The notes: generated by a model not told the origin, from the letters alone. A stretch of DNA of 64,000 nt from an uncultured Pirellulales bacterium (GCA_964631175.1 CAZVWH010000001.1:32952-96951), one strand, 5' to 3'; positions 52,979-62,547 are shown, numbered from the stretch's first letter. Numbers and translations: made by a program.

Positions 52979-55900
52979 TCAACGGAATACTTCCTCTGTA
53001 GCAGGGGTGGTTTCCGTGTCACGCTGCTCTGCTGCGCGCATCTTTTCCAAAGACAGTCGGTAATCTATTGGCATCACCTTTACGAATTTTCCCACCATAT
53101 CCGGCCAAGCATCCAAAATATATTTTGCACGCTGACTATTGGTCCACTTCAGATGTTGCTTAACCAAATCGTGCAGTAACTCTTTATCTTCCCGCTGCCA
53201 AACGCTCTCCAGCTCCACCATATCAAGATTGCAAAGAGTGTCGAATAGCTGAACCTCGTCAAGAACGTAAGCAACACCGCCGCTCATGCCGGCGGCGAAA
53301 TTACAGCCGGTCTGACCCAAAACTGCGACTACACCACCGGTCATATACTCGCAGCCGTGGTCGCCGAGGCCCTCGACAACCGCTATTGCCCCGCTATTGC
53401 GCACGGCAAACCGCTCGCCCGCCACGCCGTTTATAAAGACCTCGCCGGCGGTCGCACCATAAAGCAAAGTGTTTCCAACGATGATATTCTCGTGGGCCAT
53501 AAACGGGCTATCTTGCGGCGTCTGGACTATGATTCGTCCACCGGAAAGTCCTTTGCCAAGGTAATCATTACTTTCGCCGATAAGCCGCAGTGTAACGCCC
53601 GGTGCAAGAAATGCGCCGAAGCTCTGCCCTGCCGATCCGTGAAAAACAATCTCCAGCGTCCCATCCGGCAGGCCTTTCGGGCCATATTTGAGAACTATCC
53701 TATTACTGAGAATCGCACCTACAGTTCGATTAATATTACAAATAGGCATTTCGATTACAGACCTTTTTTTGTGCTCAATTGCCTCTTTTGCCTTTTCCAG
53801 AATCTGCCAATCGAGATTGTCGTTAATTGATTTCGACCCCGCAATAAACTTGTCCTGAGCAGAGTCGAAGGATTGCGGGGCTAAATGTTTAGCCCCCAAA
53901 TTTATTTGGGGGTTTTTGGGCTTATTGAAGATGGCAGAAAAATCCAGCCCCTTGGCCTTATAGTGGTCGATGGCTTTGCGAACGCTCAATCGATGAACCA
54001 CACCAACCATATCCTCAAAGCATCTTATGCCCAGCTCAGCCATAATCCGGCGGACTTCCTCAGCCACAAAGTGCATAAATCGTTCAACGTACTCAGGCTT
54101 ACCGGCGAATCGTTTTCGAAGCTCAGGGTCCTGAGTACCAATCCCAAACGGACAGGCGCCTTCGTGACACTTGCGTAAGAGCGTACAGCCCAGTGCTACC
54201 AGAGCTGCGGTGCCGAAACCAAACCGCTCGGCTCCCAGCATCGCCGCCACGACCACGTCTCTGCCGGTTTTCATCTGGCCGTCAACCTGAATCCTGATCC
54301 TGTCGCGCAATCCGTTCATCACAAGCACTTGCTGTGTCTCAGCCAATCCAAGCTCCCATGGACAGCCGGTGTGCTTGATTGAAGAAAGCGGACTTGCACC
54401 GGTTCCACCGTCACGGCCACTGATAAGAAGCTCATCGGCATTGCCTTTGGCAACGCCTGCGGCAATCGTACCCACACCAGCTTCCGCCACAAGTTTGACC
54501 GATACTTTTGCTGCAGGATTGCCGCACTTGAGGTCATATATAAGCTGCGCCAAATCTTCAATCGAATATATGTCGTGATGAGGTGGCGGTGATATAAGTG
54601 TCACGCCGGGTGTCGAGTATCTTAACGCAGCAATTTCATCGGTCACTTTATGCCCGGGTAATTGACCACCTTCGCCCGGCTTGGCCCCTTGAGCAATTTT
54701 AATCTGCAGCTCCTTGGCGTGTGCGAGATAGTTGATTGTAACACCAAACCTACCGCTGGCCACTTGCTTGATAGCGCAGCTCTTCGAATCGCCATTTTTT
54801 TCAGGTATATATCGATCTGGATCTTCACCACCTTCACCGGTGTTGCTCATCGCACCGATGCGATTCATCGCAACAGCCAGGCACTCGTGTGCCTCCTTGC
54901 TGATTGAGCCATGACTCATCGCTCCGGTGCAGAACCTCTTGACTATTTCAGCGGCGGATTCAACCTCATCAATATCTATAGGTTCACCAGGGACAAATTC
55001 AAACAGTCCCCGCAGGGTGCACAACTTTTGGGACTGATCGTTTACGGCCTGTGCATAGTCAGCGTATGCCTTTGCATCATCATATTTGACTGCGTGCTGC
55101 AACCGAGACACCGTAGTAGGGTTCCAAAGATGGTACTCGCCGTTGCGTCGATAATGATAATCTCCACCAAATTCCAATTCCAAATTTGTTGAGTATTTAG
55201 CCCCCCAATTTATCGTCAAGATGCCTTGCGGCATTGGGGGGTTCTCAAACGCAGATTTATGGCGAGCGACGGCATCATGTGCAATTTCCTGAAGCCCAAT
55301 TCCTTGGATGCGTGAGCTCGTACCCGTAAAGTATTTTTCAATAAAAGACTGATTCAGTCCAATCGCCTCAAAAAGCTGAGCAGCGTGATAGCTGCGAAGG
55401 GTCGATATGCCCATCTTGCTCATCGTCTTTAGAATGCCTTTTTTAATCGCAGCTATATAATTATCAGCTATCCGGACCGATTCCAGCTTCTCAGACAGAT
55501 CACCTTGCCGATGTAATTGATCGAGCAGCTCAAATACCAGGTATGGATTAATCGCGTTGGCACCGTAGCCACACAGGAGGCAAAAGTGCATCACCTCTCT
55601 GGGCTCGCCGCTTTCGACAATCAAACCGGCTTCGCCACGAAGTCTGCGATTAAGCAGACCATAATGAACTGCTGCCGTTGCCAAAAGCGACGGAATTGGC
55701 ACTTTAGTCTGCGAAGCATCACGGTCACTGATGATGAGCAGTGACGCCCCGCTCCTAACCTCTTTTTCCGCGGTATCGATTAATGAATCCAACGCACAAC
55801 TGAGGCTGTTAGCGGCATCCTGCCTATAGGCGGTACCGGCCTCGAAAACGGCTGAAAGAGTAGCGACCTTAAAGCCGTCACGTCTAACCTGACGCAATCG

Positions 55901-57649
55901 CTCAACGTCTTCATCGGTCAAAATCGGGTGCGGCAGCTTAAGCTGCCTGCAATGCTGGGCAGTCTCGTCCAGAATATTTAGCTTTTTGCCCGTAAACATC
56001 ATAAGGCTCATAACCAGCCCTTCGCGAAGGGGGTCAATTGCCGGATTTGTGACCTGTGCGAATAGCTGTTTGAAATAATCGAACAGCAACTTCGGCCTAT
56101 CAGACAGCACCGCAAGGGGAGTATCATCACCCATCGAACCTATAGGTTCCTGACCATTGACGGCCATTGGCGTCAGGATCATCTTAAGCTCTTCTCTTGT
56201 GTATCCGAACGCGCGCATTCGCTGGGCTATAGTCTCAGGATTACTTCTGACAAGCTTTGGCGTATCAAATAGACCACGAAGCTCAATTCGATTTTCCTCA
56301 AGCCATCTACGGTACGGCTTCTGCCGGGCAACCTTGCTCTTCATCTCATTATCGGTAATAATCCGACCATCAACGGTATCAACCAAAAACATATGTCCGG
56401 GCTGTAAACGTCCTTTTCTTCTGATCTTTTCCGGCGGAAACTCTATAACTCCGGCCTCGCTGGCCAGGATTGCCAGCCCGTCGGTCGTAATCAGGTAACG
56501 ACAAGGCCTTAAGCCGTTGCGGTCCAATGTCCCACCAATAACTCGGCCGTCGGTAAATACCATCGCCGCTGGGCCATCCCACGGCTCCATTATTGATGCG
56601 TGGTACTCATAAAATGCTCGCTTGTCCGTGCTAATGTGATACTTGGAGCCGAAAGCTTCCGGAATCATCATCATCATTGCATGTGGCATACTTCGACCAG
56701 CCTGAACGAGAAGCTCAAGCGCACTATCAAAACATGCCGAGTCACTCATCTCAGGCGATAGAACCGGCAGTAAATCACTAATATCATCACCAAATAGTTG
56801 ACTTGCCATTTCCCTTTCACGAGCGTGCATGTGATTACGGTTGCCGCTAAGCGTGTTTATCTCACCGTTATGGGCTATGCACCGAAACGGCTGAGCAAGC
56901 TGCCAGTTTGGAAACGTATTGGTGCTGTATCGCTGATGGACAATTGCAAGTGCAGACTTGACCCGCTCATCAGCCAAATCCGGATAATAAGCGAACAACT
57001 GCCAGGCCATGAACATGCCTTTATAGCAGATGGTCTTGCACGAAAGTGAGGTTACATAGAAATCTCCGCCTTTGTCTGCGAACTTATCATGGATGAGCCG
57101 CTCCGCTCGCCTGCGAGCTAAATATAGGCGCCGCTCCAGCTCTTCACCTTCAAAGCCGCCGCCATGAACAAATATTTGTTTTATCGAAGGCTCAACAGAC
57201 AGCGCTATCCGGCCAAGGCAACTGTTATCTGTTGGTACATCTCGCCAACCAAGTACCTTCATGCCATAGTAGGTAATCGCAGACTCCAAGATTTGGTCGC
57301 ATTGCTCTCTGAGCTTTGTATCTTGCGAGCCGAAGACCATTCCTACACCATATTGCGAGGGCTGCGGCAGCGAAAAGCCCAATTTCTCTTCACATTCCAC
57401 AAAGAAGAGCTCGTGTGGAATCTGAAAAAGAATGCCGGCACCATCACCTGTAGTCTCATCAGCTCCTGCAGCTCCACGGTGGCGTAAGTTAATAATAATC
57501 TGCTTGCCATATTCGATAATCGTATGGTCACGCTTACCAGATATGTTTACAACCGCACCTATGCCACAGCTACCCTTCTTGCTTTCGCCAGAAAGCAAGG
57601 GAGGATGCTCGTACTGCGATTCATATAAACCCTTGTTTTTCAACTTCAT
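52979..57649 (-). CDS. gltB: Glutamate synthase large (alpha) subunit, carrying an in-frame REP-derived insert
   Basis: N-terminal amidotransferase Cys (GSCGIGAVVN), FMN/Fe-S central domains and a C-terminal GXGXG beta-helix (GSAGQSFGAF..). Start set at the first ATG (57649). Confidence 0.95.
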   Translation of the reverse strand: MKLKNKGLYESQYEHPPLLSGESKKGSCGIGAVVNISGKRDHTIIEYGKQIIINLRHRGAAGADETTGDGAGILFQIPHELFFVECEEKLGFSLPQPSQYGVGMVFGSQDTKLREQCDQILESAITYYGMKVLGWRDVPTDNSCLGRIALSVEPSIKQIFVHGGGFEGEELERRLYLARRRAERLIHDKFADKGGDFYVTSLSCKTICYKGMFMAWQLFAYYPDLADERVKSALAIVHQRYSTNTFPNWQLAQPFRCIAHNGEINTLSGNRNHMHAREREMASQLFGDDISDLLPVLSPEMSDSACFDSALELLVQAGRSMPHAMMMMIPEAFGSKYHISTDKRAFYEYHASIMEPWDGPAAMVFTDGRVIGGTLDRNGLRPCRYLITTDGLAILASEAGVIEFPPEKIRRKGRLQPGHMFLVDTVDGRIITDNEMKSKVARQKPYRRWLEENRIELRGLFDTPKLVRSNPETIAQRMRAFGYTREELKMILTPMAVNGQEPIGSMGDDTPLAVLSDRPKLLFDYFKQLFAQVTNPAIDPLREGLVMSLMMFTGKKLNILDETAQHCRQLKLPHPILTDEDVERLRQVRRDGFKVATLSAVFEAGTAYRQDAANSLSCALDSLIDTAEKEVRSGASLLIISDRDASQTKVPIPSLLATAAVHYGLLNRRLRGEAGLIVESGEPREVMHFCLLCGYGANAINPYLVFELLDQLHRQGDLSEKLESVRIADNYIAAIKKGILKTMSKMGISTLRSYHAAQLFEAIGLNQSFIEKYFTGTSSRIQGIGLQEIAHDAVARHKSAFENPPMPQGILTINWGAKYSTNLELEFGGDYHYRRNGEYHLWNPTTVSRLQHAVKYDDAKAYADYAQAVNDQSQKLCTLRGLFEFVPGEPIDIDEVESAAEIVKRFCTGAMSHGSISKEAHECLAVAMNRIGAMSNTGEGGEDPDRYIPEKNGDSKSCAIKQVASGRFGVTINYLAHAKELQIKIAQGAKPGEGGQLPGHKVTDEIAALRYSTPGVTLISPPPHHDIYSIEDLAQLIYDLKCGNPAAKVSVKLVAEAGVGTIAAGVAKGNADELLISGRDGGTGASPLSSIKHTGCPWELGLAETQQVLVMNGLRDRIRIQVDGQMKTGRDVVVAAMLGAERFGFGTAALVALGCTLLRKCHEGACPFGIGTQDPELRKRFAGKPEYVERFMHFVAEEVRRIMAELGIRCFEDMVGVVHRLSVRKAIDHYKAKGLDFSAIFNKPKNPQINLGAKHLAPQSFDSAQDKFIAGSKSINDNLDWQILEKAKEAIEHKKRSVIEMPICNINRTVGAILSNRIVLKYGPKGLPDGTLEIVFHGSAGQSFGAFLAPGVTLRLIGESNDYLGKGLSGGRIIVQTPQDSPFMAHENIIVGNTLLYGATAGEVFINGVAGERFAVRNSGAIAVVEGLGDHGCEYMTGGVVAVLGQTGCNFAAGMSGGVAYVLDEVQLFDTLCNLDMVELESVWQREDKELLHDLVKQHLKWTNSQRAKYILDAWPDMVGKFVKVMPIDYRLSLEKMRAAEQRDTETTPATEEVFR
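53837..53912 (+). repeat. REP-like double hairpin located inside the gltB reading frame
   Basis: CCCCGCAAT-AAACTTGTCCTGAGCAGAGTCGAAGG-ATTGCGGGG-CTAAATGTTTAG-CCCCCAAAT-tt-ATTTGGGGG. Homologous to 5364-5412 with compensatory stem changes. Confidence 0.8.
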
Positions 57650-57952
57650 ATTTTTCAAATTCCCCGATTGGCCACTGTACCCTAAAAATCCTCGAATAAA
57701 TTAAGGGCTAAATATTCAACTACCTTAGGCAAATCTAACAGGTTCTATAAAAATAGAAACTGTCTTGTAATAATATACTCTGATTTTCAGAGTTCAGAAT
57801 GAAAATTGCTTTAATAAACAATATAAGAATAATAGATAATATCCGCAAATATTCTAATAATCGTATATGGGCGCAAAAAAAACACCATTAAATGAGAGAA
57901 TAAGTGAACTAAAGCCCGGAGTGCCTAAAGTGCCTAAATTTGGAGTCGGTTT

Positions 57953-58031
57953 TAACTTTAGCTCACTTTAGGCACTTTAGCCCACTTTAGACACTTTAGC
58001 TCACTTTAGGCACTTTAGCTCACTTTAGGCA
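57953..58031. repeat. Tandem CACTTTAG(G/C) repeat (9-10 bp units, 19-bp super-unit x ~4) abutting the glnA stop codon
   Basis: CTCACTTTAGGCACTTTAG / CCCACTTTAGACACTTTAG / CTCACTTTAGGCACTTTAG / CTCACTTTAGGCAC. Inverted copies GTGCCTAAAGTGCCTAAA at 57921-57938. Confidence 0.85.
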
Positions 58032-59444
58032 CTAACTATCATAATACAGATTGAACTCATACGGATGCGGTCTTAAGGCAAGCTCATTGAGCTCATTGTC
58101 TCGTTTCCATTTAATCCATGTTTCGATCAAATCGTCGGTGAACACATCACTTGCTGTTAGAAACTTATGGTCTTTTTCCAAAGCGTCAATCGCCTCAGCT
58201 AATGAGCCGGGTGTTTTTGGATATTTTTCCAATTCTTCCGGCGTCATTTCGTAGATATCGCGATCCAGCGGCTCGCCTGGATCAATTTTCTTTTGTATTC
58301 CATCTATTGCTGCCATTAGCATTGCTGTCCAGGCTATGTAACCGTTGCAGGTTGGGTCCGGACAGCGGAACTCAAGGCGTTTCGCCCTTGGATTATCCGA
58401 ATACATCGGAATACGAACGCCTGCTGAGCGGTTTCGCTTCGACATTACCAGGTTAACCGGAGCCTCAAAGCCCGGCACTAAACGACGGTAGGAATTTGTC
58501 GTCGGAGCAGCAAAGGCCAAAATTGACGGCGCATGTTTGAGAATTCCGCCTATTGAATACAGACCAATGTCACTAAGCCCGGCGTATCCGTTATCCGCAA
58601 ATAGCGGCTTTCGGCCTTTCCAAAGCGAAAAATGCGTATGCATACCGCTGCCGTTATCCTCGAAGACCGGCTTTGGCATGAACGTCACCGTCTTGCCGTT
58701 ACGTTTAGCTACGTTCTTTACTATATATTTGTACCACATAAAGTTGTCGGCCATTTTGACCAGCTCATCAAACTTCATATCGATCTCAGCCTGCCCGGCT
58801 GTGGCAACTTCGTGATGGTGTGCTTCAACCACAATACCAACCTTTCGCATCTCATTAACCATCTCACCTCGCAGGTCGTGATACGTATCAGTAGGGCTTA
58901 CGGGGAAGTAGCCACCCTTAAAGCTCGGCTTGTATCCTAAGTTCGGCTCTTCAAAGCGAGCGGTATTCCATGCACCTTCTACCGAATCAATCCGATAGAA
59001 ACCCGTGTGCTGATTCTGCTCATAGCGAACCTCGTCAAATATAAAGAATTCCGGCTCAGGACCAATATAGCAGATGTCGGCGATTCCTGTCGCTTTCAGA
59101 TACGCTGCACCCTTTCTGGCAACGTGTCGAGGGTCACGAGAGTAATCGATTTTCGTAATGGGATCGACAATATTAGCTATAACACTGACAGTAGGTTCCT
59201 TAAAAAAAGGATCGATAACCGCGGTGTCAGGATCCGGCACCGCCAGCATATCGGAGACATGAATTCCCTGCCAGCCGCGTATCGATGAACCGTCAAATCC
59301 GACGCCGTCTTTGAACGTTTGTTCGTCCCATGTCTCAATAGGAAACGAGCAATGCTGCCATGTACCCAATAGATCCGTAAATTTTAAATCAACCATTTCT
59401 GCATCGTGCTTTTTTGCAAATTCAAAAAATTCTTTCGGCGTCAT
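58032..59444 (-). CDS. glnA: Glutamine synthetase type I
   Basis: [44 protein letters not shown] before ATG 59444. Confidence 0.95.
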   Translation of the reverse strand: MTPKEFFEFAKKHDAEMVDLKFTDLLGTWQHCSFPIETWDEQTFKDGVGFDGSSIRGWQGIHVSDMLAVPDPDTAVIDPFFKEPTVSVIANIVDPITKIDYSRDPRHVARKGAAYLKATGIADICYIGPEPEFFIFDEVRYEQNQHTGFYRIDSVEGAWNTARFEEPNLGYKPSFKGGYFPVSPTDTYHDLRGEMVNEMRKVGIVVEAHHHEVATAGQAEIDMKFDELVKMADNFMWYKYIVKNVAKRNGKTVTFMPKPVFEDNGSGMHTHFSLWKGRKPLFADNGYAGLSDIGLYSIGGILKHAPSILAFAAPTTNSYRRLVPGFEAPVNLVMSKRNRSAGVRIPMYSDNPRAKRLEFRCPDPTCNGYIAWTAMLMAAIDGIQKKIDPGEPLDRDIYEMTPEELEKYPKTPGSLAEAIDALEKDHKFLTASDVFTDDLIETWIKWKRDNELNELALRPHPYEFNLYYDS

Positions 59445-59470
59445 TATTAAGCTCCTTTCAAGAACCAAAA

Positions 59471-59520
59471 CCCCGTGTAAAACACGGGGCTAAATATTTA
59501 GCCCCACATTTTAGGTGGGG
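59471..59520. repeat. Head-to-head REP hairpin pair between glnK and glnA
   Basis: CCCCGTGT-aaa-ACACGGGG-CTAAATATTTAG-CCCCAC-attttag-GTGGGG. Confidence 0.65.
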
Positions 59521-59525
59521 TCTTA

Positions 59526-59867
59526 TTACCCAATTGCTTTTTTACCTTTTTCACCAGTCCGAATGCGGATGCACTCAGCTAAATCCAGAACAAATATTTT
59601 TCCATCACCAATCTGGCCTGTCTTTGCACCTTCAGTAATTGCTTCGACAGCTCTTTCGACGAAGTCCTCGTTGACCGTTATTTCGAGCCTGACCTTTTTA
59701 AGCAGGTTGACCTCGAATTTTATACCACGGTAGCTCTCGGTATAACCCTGCTGCTCACCACAGCCAAGAGCATTAGTCACGGACATCTTGAATACTTCAT
59801 TTTTATACAAGGCCTTTTTGACATCCTGCAATTTGTGAGGTTGAATATATGCGATTATCAGCTTCAT
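59526..59867 (-). CDS. glnK: Nitrogen regulatory protein P-II
   Basis: [21 protein letters not shown]-loop ..YTESYRG..; [17 protein letters not shown]. Immediately downstream of amtB. Confidence 0.95.
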   Translation of the reverse strand: MKLIIAYIQPHKLQDVKKALYKNEVFKMSVTNALGCGEQQGYTESYRGIKFEVNLLKKVRLEITVNEDFVERAVEAITEGAKTGQIGDGKIFVLDLAECIRIRTGEKGKKAIG

Positions 59868-59889
59868 TTTAGCTTTCCTTCATCAAGAG

Positions 59890-61251
59890 TTAGCTTGTAC
59901 TGAATATCTGGAAGCCACCGTACGCTTCCATCCCATGTTCGCCGATGTCGAGGCCGCGGAGTTCTTCTTCGCGTGAGACTCTCAGGCCGATAGTCATGTC
60001 TATTAGCTTGAATAACAGTCCCATTGTTATGATAACAAATGCAATTGTTGTAACAGAGCCGACAATCTGTACGCCAAGCTGCATCGGATTCGCGCTGTAT
60101 ATGAAGCCTTCATTTGCCAGGCCGAGTGCTTTTTTACCAAAGATACCTATGCAGATCGTGCCCCAGACTCCACATATACCGTGTACCGGAACGGCACCGA
60201 CGGGATCATCTATTTTCAGTTTGTCGAGCAGCTCAACGCCTCTTACGACGATATAACCTGCGATGCCTCCAATCACAATTGATGCCCAGGGATCTACATA
60301 CGCACATGGAGCAGTGATTGCGACCAGCCCTGCCAATGCGCCGTTCATAGCCATCGACAGATCCGGCTTTCCGAACCTTTTCCACACGGTGAACATTGCA
60401 ACGATACCACCAAGAGCTGCTGCCATGTTGGTGTTCAGCGCTACACGTCCAATCATCATACCATCACCGACACTTAACGTTGAGCCTGAATTAAAGCCAA
60501 ACCACGCGAACCACAGGATAAATACACCAAGCGAGGCCAACGGAATGCTATGACCTGCAAGAACGTTTGGCGTTCCGTCTATGTTGTACTTTCCTTCCCG
60601 CGGACCAAGTATGCTGGTGCCAGCTAAGGCAGCAAAACCACCGACCGTATGAACGACGGTCGAGCCGGCAAAATCGGCAAAACCCATTCTCGCGAGCCAA
60701 CCGCCACCCCAAATCCAGTGCCCGACAATAGGATAAATAAGAGCAGAAATAGTAAAAGAATAAATAAGGTATCCGATAAATTTCATTCGCTCAGCCATAC
60801 CACCGGCAACAATAGTAGCGGCTGCACCACAAAACGCCGCTTGGAAAAGCCAAAAAGCATAGAGAGGGACACCGTTAGCTATCGGCTCAATGCCGAGCAG
60901 ACACCAGCCTTTTGTGCCTATAAAGCCGTTTCCATCACCGAACATAAATGCGTAACCCACTAAGAAAAAAACCAGCGATGCCATGCAGAAATCGAGAAAG
61001 TTTTTCGTTAAAATATTGCACGTGTTTTTTGCGCGAATGAATCCTGCTTCTACCATTCCAAATCCGGGCTGCATAAAAAATACAAGAAAAGCGGCAACGA
61101 GGACCCAAACAGTATCAAGACCCATCGTTATTTTTTCTTGTGAATCATGCGTCTCCGCTGCAAGCGAAATATTAGATAGACCAAATAGCACGACAATTAC
61201 AAGAAATACAAGCCGGCGTAGTGATAGATTGTGACTTGTCTTTTTAATCAT
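59890..61251 (-). CDS. amtB: Ammonium transporter (Amt family)
   Basis: About 11 TM helices, with FQAAFCGAAATIVAGGMAER, DFAGSTVVHTVGGFAAL, AVPVHGICGVWG. Start set at the internal ATG (MIKKTSHN..). Confidence 0.9.
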   Translation of the reverse strand: MIKKTSHNLSLRRLVFLVIVVLFGLSNISLAAETHDSQEKITMGLDTVWVLVAAFLVFFMQPGFGMVEAGFIRAKNTCNILTKNFLDFCMASLVFFLVGYAFMFGDGNGFIGTKGWCLLGIEPIANGVPLYAFWLFQAAFCGAAATIVAGGMAERMKFIGYLIYSFTISALIYPIVGHWIWGGGWLARMGFADFAGSTVVHTVGGFAALAGTSILGPREGKYNIDGTPNVLAGHSIPLASLGVFILWFAWFGFNSGSTLSVGDGMMIGRVALNTNMAAALGGIVAMFTVWKRFGKPDLSMAMNGALAGLVAITAPCAYVDPWASIVIGGIAGYIVVRGVELLDKLKIDDPVGAVPVHGICGVWGTICIGIFGKKALGLANEGFIYSANPMQLGVQIVGSVTTIAFVIITMGLLFKLIDMTIGLRVSREEELRGLDIGEHGMEAYGGFQIFSTS

Positions 61252-61433
61252 CACTTCAATATCTCCCAAATTCTGGTACCGGTTAATCAAAATTTTCACT
61301 CTTGGTGAAGCGGCATAAATGCACCAATAAATTAGAAAACATATATGCAACTACTGTGCCAAATCAATAAAATTCACCCATAAATTACGTAACGATTTAT
61401 ATTAAGGGCACTTACAAATACTTAGCAAGTCTG

Positions 61434-61495
61434 CTACATTTTGTGTATAATCTACATATTTGTAAGTATTAGCAAATAAAACTACAATATTGTAG
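61434..61495. promoter_or_regulatory. Three CTACA-N4/5-TGTA(G) palindromic boxes upstream of amtB
   Basis: CTACATTTTGTGTA (61434), CTACATATTTGTAAG (61452), perfect CTACAATATTGTAG (61482). Confidence 0.4.
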
Positions 61496-61672
61496 GTATT
61501 TGTTTAGCCAAGGCAAAACCCTCCCCATCCCTAAGGGATGAGGATGCCACCCAAAAAAAATTGATAAATAAATGGATGCATCCCCAAGCGAAAGTATGTG
61601 TTTATTGATTCCTGCATAAATATCGCAGATTCCAAGGGAAATAATAAAACACAAGAATAATAGAATAACAAT

Positions 61673-61742
61673 GTCATTCCCGCGAAAGCGGGAATCCAGT
61701 ATTCTATGGCTTTTTATGGACTCCCGCCTGCGCGGGAGTGAC
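61673..61742. repeat. GTCATTCCCGCGAAAGCGGGAAT...CTCCCGCCTGCGCGGGAGTGAC palindromic element
   Basis: Two internal hairpins with GTCAT/GTGAC ends. Accounts for spurious ORF 61469..61765. Confidence 0.65.
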
Positions 61743-61779
61743 AGAAAGTAAGATATACTATTCATTCTGTTAGACGCTA

Positions 61780-62547
61780 TTAGAAACTCTTACTCAAGCC
61801 GATACCGAAGAACAGATAATCACTGTCTTTGGAATAGGTGTCGGATTTCTTAATATCACCGCTGAGAAGCGTGACATAGTTCACACTCGGTGTTAAGATC
61901 CAGCCGCCTATCTCTATAGGTAAAGATAGCGACAGCGACAAATCGTTGGCTTTGCTGCCTTCTACAGCCCAGTAATACTTATTATAACTGTTACTACCCC
62001 AGCCCAAACCGGCGCCGATCTCCAAACCTACTGGCATATCACCGCTCAGCTCAATGAGCTTTTCAATCGAATAGCTCAGGCCGGTCGATACATAAGTACC
62101 TTCTGCTTCGTCGAGGTCATGGTAAACAGTTACAGAAGGACTTACAGGCCAATCCAGTGAAAATCCCCAATACAACTCAGTTGTGTCAGGAACACTGGTG
62201 TTGGGGAAGTCATAATAAATCGTTCCAATTGAGTAGTTAAGTCCCTCAAAAAAAGGAAACGCTTCCGTATAATCGAGCGTATAATCAAACTCGGTGAATT
62301 CGTGCTCGTGGTCGGTATCGCCGGTCAATTCAAGGTCGCCCCAAATTGATACACTTAGCGGACCGACAGCGGCACTTAAGCCCGGCTGAAAGACCGGCTC
62401 ATTATCCAGGTCCTGCCCACGCCAAATATATTTACCGAAATAATCGGCTGTCAGCTCAAAATCGACAGCCCAGGCTGTTCCGGCCAATGTCACATAAACA
62501 ACCGCACTAAGAACTATTACCTTTCCTTTGTTTTTTTCCATTGTCAC
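61780..62547 (-). CDS. Outer-membrane beta-barrel porin, TorF/Gcw_chp-like
   Basis: Signal peptide ..GTAWA, then ELTADYFGKYIWRGQDL..PVFQPGLSA..SIWG and alternating beta-strand pattern, ending in F. Porins of this type are commonly upstream of amtB. Confidence 0.55.
   Translation of the reverse strand: MTMEKNKGKVIVLSAVVYVTLAGTAWAVDFELTADYFGKYIWRGQDLDNEPVFQPGLSAAVGPLSVSIWGDLELTGDTDHEHEFTEFDYTLDYTEAFPFFEGLNYSIGTIYYDFPNTSVPDTTELYWGFSLDWPVSPSVTVYHDLDEAEGTYVSTGLSYSIEKLIELSGDMPVGLEIGAGLGWGSNSYNKYYWAVEGSKANDLSLSLSLPIEIGGWILTPSVNYVTLLSGDIKKSDTYSKDSDYLFFGIGLSKSF

Noticed and set aside
57871-57887. Sigma-54 promoter for gltB (minus strand TGGTG-T8-GCGC, GG-N10-GC spacing)
   Set aside because: Only the GG/GC dinucleotides and TTGC fit. 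The -24 box is TGGTGT rather than TGGCAC, and the match arises from an A8/T8 run. This is too weak to call without a genome-wide RpoN motif model.
57953-58031. Possible CRISPR array (regularly spaced CACTTTAG repeats)
   Set aside because: The units are 9-10 bp and directly abutting, with no unique spacers, and no cas genes are nearby. It is a simple tandem repeat.
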